Part shown: in pieces, positions 32,958 to 44,129 of the stretch
Position numbering within the stretch: the stretch's first letter is position 1
Layout: every line of letters starts with the position of its first letter
Assembly (NCBI GenBank): GCA_002269645.1
Contig: NIVC01002543.1
Coordinates: 1 to 64,000, forward strand
Direction of reading: 5' to 3'
DNA length: 64,000 bases
Source of the DNA: Macrostomum lignano
Lineage: Eukaryota
Notes under the pieces: generated by a model
The model's input: the letters and a program-made list of their open reading frames with translations, nothing else
Databases searched by the model: none
What the model was told of the DNA's origin: nothing
Made by a program: the position numbers and the translations under genes

Positions 32958-35900
32958 ATGGCGCAGCTCTTGGCGCTGTGCGCTCTGTGTGCAGCTCTTT
33001 GTGCTCTTGGAGGCGGTGAGTTGTCTGTCTACCCTCATTATCAGATATATTGTAAGCCTTTATCACTCATGTGAAGCCCCTGCTCTCTTACAGCGGCGAG
33101 CTTCAACAACTTCAACATCACGACAGAAAACGTCGCGGCTTCCTGGCAGTCGTCGGAATACAACAACAGGTGCTTCAGAGACACGGCTGTTCTTGAGCAG
33201 TGGGATTACTTTCACACAACGGACACCCCAGACTCTCATGGATGCCAGTGGCTGCTCATTAAGCTGCCCCGTGCAATCCGTGTGCAATCAGTCACTGTCT
33301 ATGGCAGGGCAGCAGGTGAGTTGTCTTGTCCACTTCTGTCTCTTCCGCTTCACTTCTTTCTTACTTCTCTTCTCACTGCAGAGCCCAGCAGAGCAGAGAA
33401 CATCGAGATTCTGCTGAGTGACAGACTGCCATCGGGTCTGAATGCGAGCAGCGATAGTTGCTATGGCACTCTGTCCGGTAGCTTGAGCTCGCTCACTCAG
33501 TGCGGAGTCACCCAGCGTGAGCAGACTCAGACTCACAAGGTGGCCTGCAGCTACTCTGGCTGCCCGAATGTGGGTTTATCTCCATTTACTCTGTTGTTTC
33601 TGAGTGCAAATAGGTGCAAATAGGTGCCATTAGGAGGTACAAATAGGTGCGATTAGGAGGTGCAAATAGGTGCAATTAGGAGGTGCAAATAGGTGCAATT
33701 AGGTGCCAATAGGTGCAAATAGGCGCAAATAGGTGCAAATAGGCGCAAATAGGTGCAAACAGGTGCAAATAGGTACAAATAGGTGCAAATAGGTGCGATT
33801 AGGAGGTGCGAATAGGTACAAATAGGTGAGATTAGAAGGTGCAAATAGGTGCGATTCGGAGGTGCAAATAGGTGCAAACTGGTGCAAATTGGTTCAAATA
33901 GTTGCAAATAGGTGCAAAAAGGTGCAAATAGGTGCAAATAGGTGCAAAAAGGTGCAAATAGGTGCAAATTGGTGCAAATAGGTGCAAATAGGTGCAAATA
34001 GCTGCAAATAGCTGCAAATGGCTAAATCACACGAAATTTCAGGTGACTGAGTACATCTTGCTAAGGAAGAACGTTCGAAACGAATCTGATAAGTACATGA
34101 ACTTTCAAGCTCTGGAAGTCGAAGAAGGTACGACTTGAGTTAACTAAGCTTAATTAAGTCATCATGGGACATTGTTGATTTGAAACAAACTTTCTCTCTT
34201 TCAGCATCTCAGAATGCGCAGATTTATAGGTGTGAAGTGTCTGGCAGACACCTCAGTAACTGCAGACTCAATGCTTTGCAAACTTTGAAAAATGGCGACA
34301 GAGTTTATATGAAAGTCTGCCCACCGTGTCAGCTTCCGACAACTGATGCAGCATCTTGTCACATTGCTGCTCCAAGTGGCAATATCACACAGCTGAGAGT
34401 TGTGAGCTCACGGATGAATTTATTTCTTTTTAAATGATTTTCACAGACTATTCGACTAACTAGTAGGAATAAGTGGAATGAGCAATTATGAATGTTAACA
34501 CTTTATTTTTTATACGATTGTAGCCAGTTTCTTAAAGTTCTTTCACCATTTTCAGAATGGGCACCCAGACTCCAATTTAATTGTAATTTTCACATCGACT
34601 GCGGAAAGTCAAGGAGGAAACTTCACGTGCAGCTTTGATTGCTTGAGCGAGTTGCCTCAGTCAGCAACTGAACCAATCGGTTTCTTTGGTATGCAGCTTT
34701 TGTGTGTACTTTTTACCTTAGACAGGTGAATTCGTAAAGCAACCTTCTACTGTTCAAACTGTTGTAATCTAGGATATTGGTATTTTGCTAGCAGCCTACT
34801 ATCAGGTGCAGTACAACTGACACCCTAAAAGCAGGTGCAGTACAAATGACACCCTAGCAGCAGGTGCAGTGCAAATGACACCCTAGCAGCAGGTGCAGTG
34901 CAAATGACACCCTAGCAGCAGGTGCAGTACAAATGACAGCCTAGCAGCAGGTGCAGTACAAATGGCACCCTAGCAGCAGGTGCAGTGCAAATGACACCCT
35001 TAGCAGCAGGTGCAGTACAAATGGTACCCTAGCAGCAGGTGCAGTACAAATGACAGCCTAGCAGCAGGTGCAGTACAAATGACACCCTAGCAGCAGGTGC
35101 AGTACAAATGGCTGCCTAGCAGCAGGTGCAGTACAAATGGCACCCTAGCAGCAGGTGCAGTACAAATGACAGCCTAGCAGCAGGTGCAGTACAAATGGCA
35201 GCCTAGCAGCAGGTGCAGTACAAATGATACCCTAGCAGCAGGTGCAGTGCAAATGAAACCCTAGCAGCAGGTGCAGTACAAATGACAGCCTAGCAGCAGG
35301 TGCAGTACAAATGGCACCCTAGCAGCAGGTGCAGTGCAAATGACACCCTTAGCAGCAGGTGCAGTACAAATGGTACCCTAGCAGCAGGTGCAGTACAAAT
35401 GACAGCCTAGCAGCAGGTGCAGTACAAATGACACCCTAGCAGCAGGTGCAGTACAAATGGCTGCCTAGCAGCAGGTGCAGTACAAATGGCACCCTAGCAG
35501 CAGGTGCAGTACAAATGACAGCCTAGCAGCAGGTGCAGTACAAATGACAGCCTAGCAGCAGGTGCAGTACAAATGACACCCTAGCAGCAGGTGCAGTACA
35601 AATGACAGCCTAGCAGCAGGTGCAGTACAAATGGCAGCCTAGCAGCAGGTGCAGTACAAATGATACCCTAGCAGCAGGTGGGTCATTCCACGAGAGGCTC
35701 CCATCATGTTTTTTGAACTTTGAGCACTTGTAACTTTCGAGCCATAATAGATAAACAAAGCTGCAAACAGCAATCTGTGTCAAACTTCTAGTTCTATCTT
35801 TTTCACATAGCTCCTTATGAATTCTAAAACAACTGAACACATAGCAGAGCGTCAACCGTCAGCATAGTTTATGCTCTGCTATGTGTTCAGTTGTTTTCCA

Positions 35901-38900
35901 GGTGCAGTGCAAACGGCTGAGCTCATTTTCTGTTGCAGAGGAGAAGCCCAGAAGTGTCAGCATTGAGCCCAGCAACAGGGTCCAGATTGGATCAAGAATT
36001 TTTCTGGCTTCAGGCATGGAGTTCCACTTCAGCTTCATCACAGAAGCTGCGTACCCAAGTCCCATCCATGCTTGTAGGCTGGTGAGAACTGCTGAGCAGG
36101 AAACTACAGAAGATACTTCAGGTGTTCTACTGCATCCCTTTACAGAGGTGAGAACATCCTGTGCAATCTTAATACTTTCATTTCCCATTCTGATATTCTC
36201 TCATCAAATGCTTTTTCAGAGATCCCTCACTGGCGCCTCAGCCAACAAAAGCCATGTAATTACCAAGATCTCACAGTACAGACTCAGCATTAGCGCACAC
36301 ATGCAAGCAGCTGGGCAAAAGATACAGTGCGTGTCGGCTGTCGGTGAAAGCAGTGAAAAAACGGTGAAATCAATTTCGCTGCCTGAGCTTGTAGGTAAGC
36401 AAAAATATTGGAGGGCGAATACTGGAAGGTGATACCTGGAATTTCTCATATTAGATGAAGATAAGTTGTATTGAAATGATAAAAACTGCAGTTCCAAGCA
36501 AGCCGGAGTTTCTGCTACCGCCAATCACGGATTGGAAAGACGGCCACCCCGTCTTAGTTGCTGTCGACTCAACAACAGACAGCCCTGTTCCAACCAGCCA
36601 CCGCTGCTTGCTGGAGACTCGAGACGGCAACAGAAGTCTCAACGCTACTCAAGTGAGTCTTGCTTTGGTTTCATGCCGTCGTAATGTCGGTTTAAATTAA
36701 TAATTAATAATTTTAATCTAACATAAAAATATTTCCTTCATGCGCCTGAAAAAAGCATTTAGCGTTCTGAGCATGAGTAGGCTTTGTTTCTGATTGAAAT
36801 TTTAAAACTATTCTGAAGCTCAGAATGGACACCGTGCTCATAAAAAATATGAAATTTTTCATAAAAAATATGAAATTGCTACAAATTTCGGTTCGTTCTC
36901 TTCCATACATGTCCATACACAGGGCTTACGTATTCTCGCATGGTAGAGACTTCTCAAATCGAAATTCCAGGTAACAAATAAAAGCTGTAAATTTGAGTTG
37001 GATGTTGATAGGCACTGGGGAAACGCAGCCTCTCTGGTCTGTTTGGTAAATCAATCTGGGCTGATCCAGACATGGACTCGAGATCGGCTACCGAAGGTGC
37101 TCTGTGAGTCTCTGATGCCATGACTTTCTTCACAAGCCTATTACTGCATTTGAAGATTAAGTCACAATTGCATTTTCGAATTCAGACAAGGCCGAAGGGC
37201 TGGCCATCCGTATTTTGTCAGGAGACCTGGTGAGTGATGAAGAAGCCAGCTTCTCAGTGACTGCATCTGACTCAGGATACCCAGCGGCTCTGCACCAGTG
37301 CAGAATCGAGAGCAAGAGCCTCGGAGAAGACAAGGTATGAGGCTGATGTTATTGCTCATTCAGAGTTCCCAACCAGCAGTTCAATGCTACAATTTCGGTT
37401 GACCATTCCGCAGACTGCAGAATCAGACGGCTCAAGTCACTGGAGATTCACGCCTCAGCGAGGGCACAACGGTGAAAGAATCAGATGCGATGTGGTGCAG
37501 AAACTGAGTGGCTCTCTGATATTCAGTCAGACTGTCAACAGCTCTAATCTGGAGGTTAAATGTGAGGCTCATGCTTTATTATGCTGCATGCTGTGATCCC
37601 GATCGATACAGTAGGGCTGCTTGCACTTCAGACAGGGCAATCGTCACGTGGCCCAGCAATATCGCACCGAAAAAGGAAGGAGAGGCTCTGTCATTTGTTG
37701 TGCTCGCAGACGGAAACCCAGAGCCCAGCAGTCAGTGCTGGCTGCAGCTGGTTTCTGGCTCACAGGTGAGTCTTTGATTTGGGTGTGATGCTGGTTTCTG
37801 GCTCACAGGTGAGTCTTTGATTTGGGATGATGCTGGTTTCTGGCTCACAGGTGAGTCTTTGATTTGGGAGTGATGCTGGTTTCTGGCTCACAGGTGAGTC
37901 TTTGATTTGGGAGTGATGCTGGTTTCTGGCTCACAGGTGAGTCTTTGATTTGGGAGTGATGCTGGTTTCTGGCTCACAGGTGAGTCTTTGATTTGGGATG
38001 ATGCTGGTTTCTGGCTCACAGGTGAGTCTTTGATTTGGGATGATGCTGGTTTCTGGCTCACAGGTGAGTCTTTGATTTGGGAGTGATGCTGGTTTCTGGC
38101 TCACAGGTGAGTCTTTGATTTGGGAGTGATGCTGGTTTCTGACGCACAGGTGAGTCTTTGATTTAGGATGATGCTGGTCTCTGGCTCACAGGTGAGTCTT
38201 TGATTTGGGATGATGCTGGTTTCTGGCTCACAGGTGAGTCTTTGATTTGGGATGATGCTGGTTTCTGGCTCACAGGTGAGTCTTTGATTTGGGATGATGC
38301 TGGTTTCTGGCTCACAGGTGAGTCTTTGATTTAGGAATATTTTGCAGTCTCGGTGTTTCATAATAATCACTATTCTCGTTCCAGGTACACCTGCATAAGC
38401 TGAAGCATTCCATTTTTGAGAGCACCTTCAACGTCACTGTTGATAGGTCAATGAACCGAGCCAATTTTAGCTGTGTTTTGACTCAACCTGGACTTCCATC
38501 TTTAACGGAGCAGAGCTTCACCCAATTGATCACAGTTTTTTGTAAGTTTACAGAATCCATTTTCATCGGTTTCCTAAAGACGTATAAAATTGTAAATGAG
38601 TGCGTATCATTTGAGCCAATGGAAACATTTCCTGTCGCTTCGGAGGCTCTGACTTGAAGCACTTCTTAAATCATAGACTGAAAAATAATATTGACCCAAC
38701 CATCTCACAGATCAGCCTCAGCCTCCACTCACCATCGACTTGGCTCAGACTGTCTACGAAGGCACCGACGTCACCTTCACGGTGCGGTCGGGCGCTGGAA
38801 ACCCCAGCGTCACCCACAGGTGCCACGTGTACAACGGAAAAATTGTGAGCGCAATATTTGCTCATCAAATCACCTGAATTGCAGCTTTGATTTAACACAG

Positions 38901-41900
38901 AGTTGATCATTTCAGGAAGTTCAAAACAGCATGAAAATCGAATCGGAGTACTTGACAATGGTGAACTATGCACCCAACAGTCACGACAAATTTGTGAGCT
39001 GCACGGCTGAGCAGATGCACCGCTCTGAAGTTGTGTTCACCAGCAGCATCAGAAGGAACATCACCGTCAATTGTGAGAAGTCAAATGCCATTTTATTAGT
39101 ATGCAGCCTGCCATTTACTTGAAAACCGGATATCCACTTTAACTTCAGACTTTGCGCACAACTCCATGGACATCAGTCCGACAGACGGAGTTCTTGCTGG
39201 AGATCGAGTCGAAGGGACACTCAGATCTTATGGTGGCCGGCCTGCCGTCACGCGGCATGAGTGTTCGCTTGGCGGCCCTGAGCTGACTATGGAAAACGTA
39301 TGCTTTTTTATCACCTGAGTGCTTTTGAATTGACTGTAAGCCTTCTTCAGGCATCCTAAATGATCAATTTGGGAATTTTTCTACAGGTAAGAAGCCGTCC
39401 CACCGAAGTGAAGTTCACGTTTCGTGCATCGAAAGAGCACGACGGCAAGGTGCTCGCCTGCAAATTCGTTCAGGATGAGCGACTGATTGAGTGGAAGAGA
39501 GACAAACTCAGCGTCTTCTGTAAGTACAGTTTGAGTTGTTTATTGGTGTGAAAGTATGCGGGTACATTCTACTTTGAAAAGGAACTCGTTAAGCCACACT
39601 GATGTAAATGTGCACTGCTTTTTCGCACCTGTAGACAAAGCGGATTTCGACTCTGAGGTGCAAACCTTAAATAGAAAAGTCAGATGGAACACGACAGTCC
39701 AGTTCAGCATCTACTACTCTGATGTGGGAAACCCGTCCGCCAAGCACTTCTGCCGCATCGGCTCTCGGCCACTCACCGATCCTGAGGTGCGAAAATACTG
39801 ACCCACATTTTTGTCTGCTTTATGTAAGGGACTGGGTAGTTGATATTGTAATGGGAAACATCTGGTCAAAATACATTTCAGTCAGTTTCAACATTACAAT
39901 CGCTTTGGAAGTTCAAGGCTCAAGTCGGAGACAACGGTCAGAAGATCGTCTGCCAGGTGGTGCAAAATGATCAGCATGGCGGCCGAGTCTTTAACCAAAC
40001 AGTTGCCAGCCAGACTCTGGATGTGCTCTGTAAAGATTTTGTTTATCAGTTGTATTTATTGCTTCAATCGAGCTATTTATATTTATTCCAATATATTGAA
40101 CCACTTTGACTGTCACAACATTGTTTTCTTGATCTCTCTATCTTTTCAGACCCAGTCAGCTACTCAGGATTTCTATCCCAGCCACCGTCGGTGACGGAGG
40201 GCGATCCCTTGGTTATAACTTTCTTATCAACATCAGGAAACCCCGAGCCTCGTCACCGATGCTGGTTGCAGACACCTGCAGGTCGGATGGACGCAGTCAA
40301 TCTAACAGAGGCGAGGACAGGTGTGGACCTCTCGACGAACTTCAGTGTGACTTCTGTAAAGCAGATGAATGGAGGATCTGTGGTTTGCTGCGTCCGTCAG
40401 AAGGGCCTTGAGGACCTGGACAATGAGTTCTCCCAGAACATTACTGTTTTCTGTGAGTTCTCTGTCGCGACTGCTGCAACTTTTATATCAATACAAAATC
40501 TATTAAAAAACGTTCGTTTTTCCGTTCCAGTCCGATCGGAGGTGGATCTGACCGGCTCAAAGATTTCAGGATCCACAGTGCTCGTCAGCATCAATGTGAC
40601 GGACGGAAACCCGACACCGCTGGTGAACTGCTCGCTGCTCTCGAGCTCTGAAACTCGATATGTGGGTTCTCACTGTGCACAGTTGCTCCACTTCTATTTG
40701 CATTGAGTAGCTTTAATGCAGCAGAACCGGTCATTTTAGGAGGTGTCCAGGAAGGACTCGACAATGCTGAAAGTCGGACTCAATGAGATAGAAGTCGATC
40801 TGCTTTCAAGAGACCAGCGTCAGTCAGCCAACGTCACCTGTTCTGTGAAGCAAGACTATGCGGGTTTCAGTAACAGCAGCCTTGTCTTCTTGGCGCTCAA
40901 ATCTGACGAGAGTTTTCAAGCTAGCGACCAAGAAAGTGAGCCGATCTCAGCTGCTCGTATTGTTTTTTTCAACTAGCATGACTTTTTCTGATATTAAAAT
41001 GTTTAAGTGCATTATTTCACCGATTTCTCGTATTAAATAGTGCGTTGTCTCACACCGCCAAAAGCAGGAGGGTCGGTAGGCGGCGCTGTCGGCGCCACAT
41101 TCGGAACGCTGTTGGCCGTGGGACTGGTCGGGGCCGCAATCCTGCTGCTGCTGAGAGCTCGGCGACTCAGGGCAACTGAAGGGCCCGACAATCGCAGCGG
41201 CTACTCCAACGGTAGAAGAGGAGCCAGTGGAGCTGCTCGAACGGAACGAGAAAAGCAACAGCCTAGAAAAAAGCAGACCGAAGATCCCACAGAGACTGAG
41301 CTGCAGTTCATGGACAAGCACTATCTGTATCCGGTGAGATGAGCATCATTGGACTTTTAATTAACAGATTCCTGATCCAACTTGGAACAATTTGTGTCTT
41401 TGAGCAAGACACTTAACTCTGCATTGCTTCAGTTCACCCAGCTGTAAAATGGGTGCCAGCATTAGCTGGGGTAATTGAGGGTGTATGGCGACCCAGAGTT
41501 CTTGGGCTGAACAGCCGTACGCAGCCTTCAGATGCGCCGCGCAATAGCTCGGCGCAATAGGTTGCACGTCTGGCCCCCTGGGTTAGGTGTAATAAATTAT
41601 TATTATTATTATACATCTGAAGCATCTCCCTAGCAATATCTGCAGCCTCTCTTTAGCAACATCTGCAGCATCTCCCCAGCAACATCTGCAGCCTCTCTCT
41701 AGCAACATCTGCAGCATCTCCCTAGAAGCATCTGCAGCATCTGCAGCATCTTCTCAGCAACATCTGCAGCATCTCCCTAGCAATATCTGCAGCCTCTCTC
41801 TAGCAACATCTGCAGCATCTGCCTAGAAGCATCTGCAGCATCTGCAGCATCTTCTCAGAAACATCTGCAGCCTCTCCCTAGCAACATCTGCAGCATCTCC

Positions 41901-42262
41901 CTAGCAGCATCTCCAGCATCTCCCTAGCAAAATGTGCAGCATTTCCGTAGCAACATCTGTAGCATCTCCTTAGCAACATCTGCAGCATCTCCCTAGCAAC
42001 ATCTGTAGCATCTCCCTAGCGAAATCTGCAACGTACCTATTAGCTGTAACCAATACCTACAGTATTCTAAAATTTGATTCCATTGCAGAAGCCCCGCATG
42101 GAGTACGCTACGGTTGTCAAGGGCAAACTAATGGAAGAGACCAGCCTAGCCGACAGCACAGAGACAATCTACCTGACCATCGTGGGCTGCACACAGCCTG
42201 AGGATGACAAGGCGCCCACAATGCAGAAATCTAAGGTCAACTTAGAGAAAATTGAAAAGTGA
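32958..42262 (+). CDS. Lectin-like/10xIg membrane receptor copy C with a distinct TM and ITIM-like/ITSM tail
   Basis: Ectodomain exons closely match A/B up to the donor at ~40936. TM exon 41041-41333 (GAVGATFGTLLAVGLVGAAILLLL-RARR, phase 1 to 0) and exon 42089-42262 (KPRMEYATVV..ETIYLTIV..) splice in frame. Confidence 0.85.
33605..34020. repeat. 10-bp intronic tandem repeat (AGGTGCAAAT)n, copy C
   Basis: About 40 degenerate units. Confidence 0.95.
34803..35680. repeat. 29-bp intronic minisatellite, copy C
   Basis: About 30 units. Confidence 0.95.
37748..38340 (+). repeat. 42/43-bp splice-donor minisatellite, copy C
   Basis: About 14 units. Confidence 0.95.
41385..41612 (+). mobile_element. 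SINE (same family as 4272-4545), 5'-truncated, in the tail intron of copy C
   Basis: TTGAGCAAGACACTTAACTC..CTGTAAAATGGG CORE-like segment, shared body GCAGCCTTCAGATGCGCCGCGCAATAGCT, (ATT)n tail. Confidence 0.75.
41630..42030. repeat. ~23-bp intronic tandem repeat
   Basis: Degenerate (AGCAACATCTGCAGCATCTCCCT)n. Confidence 0.9.
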
Positions 42263-42829
42263 CTGTTTTACGTTTCAGTTTTTTAATTATGAATATTACA
42301 AGGGTTAGACTGTAGAGGTATGTCTAATTCTTGGCAACAATACAATTTACTGTTTGACAAGTCGCTAAACAAATTCTGCTTGTACTTTTGCTTAGACTTT
42401 AAAGCGTTACAATAATAGCCCCGTTATGAAGCTTTATACCTGTCTCGTATCCAAGACGTGCATCAGCAAAATTCTGCATGAATAAATTAACTCTGCGAGA
42501 ATGCAGTAAATATAGATGTAGGAGGGTACATTATATACTAATTCAGAATGTACTAAATGTACTATATATAAGTCTAGCTTATTTATTTAGCTTATGTAGT
42601 TTCCATGTACATGAAAGTTTTGACTCTGAAGTAAGTTTGTGAAATAGCAATTTCAATTTACTTTAGCATCTACGAGTATTTTATTCCTGTAAATTTTGTT
42701 CCTCGTTATCAACTGTACAATATGTAATTTCCCTGTGTGCTTATTAATTCGTATAATATAGTTTTAAGATTTTCTTATACAGAAAAAATCCCCTCAAATT
42801 TGGAAGTTTAATAACCGGCGGTGTTTCAG

Positions 42830-43012
42830 AAGACCTAAATTTCAGAAGATCTGAATTTCATAAGACCTAAATTTCATAAGACCTAAATTTTATAAGACCT
42901 AAATTTCATAAGACCTAAATTTTAGAAGACCTAATTTCATTAGACCTAAATCTCGAAAGACCTAAATTTCGAAAGACTTAAATTTCAAGACCTAAATTTC
43001 ATTAGGCCTAAA
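42830..43012. repeat. 16-bp tandem repeat
   Basis: (AAGACCTAAATTTCAT)n, about 11 units. Confidence 0.85.
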
Positions 43013-44129
43013 GTTCACATCGTGAAAAGTGGAGGCTGATAACTTGGTGACAAGAAATTTAGGTTTTCTGAAAATTTGGCGTTCTGATGTGGCGTTTGAC
43101 GAATTTTATTTTTAACGATGTGAAATGTTGGGGTCCTATGAATTTATGAAAGTATCTAAAAAACGGCTACTACTCGTAAAATACCCGCTACAGTTAAATA
43201 AATCGCCCACACTGTGAAGTTGAACGCAGATTTGTTTTACTGCGAGATTGGTTGCCACCGATAGACAAGCCCTCGCTTCGGTTTCCGCTGGTATCCGTTG
43301 ATTCAATAATTCAAAACGAGAATTTAGCTGCCGGCACAAATATTTGAGACACTGCATGGTTTGCCTCGACCAAAAATGCACCGAGTATATTGTGAGCGAT
43401 GCATATCAGCAGCCATGCAATTCAACTAAGAACTGTACAGTGTACATTGGAAAATGCTGCAATTGCAGAGAGACTGACTGCGTTTTGGTATATACAATTG
43501 ATAAGCATCAATTCAGTTGAACATAGTAACCATAGAAATCAGGATGGGCCGAAAGCCCACGCAGCTATACTGTAGGTTGCAGCATACTGTTTGAAATTTG
43601 GCAAAATTTAAACATTTACAAGCAACTATAACGTACATGAAAGTTGAAGCTTAAATTATCATTGATGTCAGCGCGCGAATGCAAAGATGCAGCGAAAAAT
43701 CTGTGAAAGCATACACAAATATATTTTTGGGGGATGACCCTCTAGAAGTTACGGCTATCAACAAGTATAGTTTATCTTATCTTCAGGGCTTACACAGCAG
43801 GTATTTGTTTAATTGGGAGGTTGCAAGTTTAAATTTGTGTTTTCTTAAATGGATTTTTGTCTTTTTTTGCGTTCGTCGGTGAACTCATGAAAAGCCACCT
43901 TGCACCAAACACGATTGCTCTGGCTTCATGCAAGAAGGCGTCCTTTAATAAGTGTGGGCCAAAAACGAAAGGTTCCCTATCTCACTAATGCATTTTAATG
44001 CGACATTGAGCCCTCAAAATGAGCTGTCAAAAAAGAACGTCAGCGTTACGTTCTGATAAAATTGGGCAATTTCCAGTGGTTCTTGGGCCAAAAATTCGAA
44101 CTAAAGACCGAACTAACATATCAGCAAGC

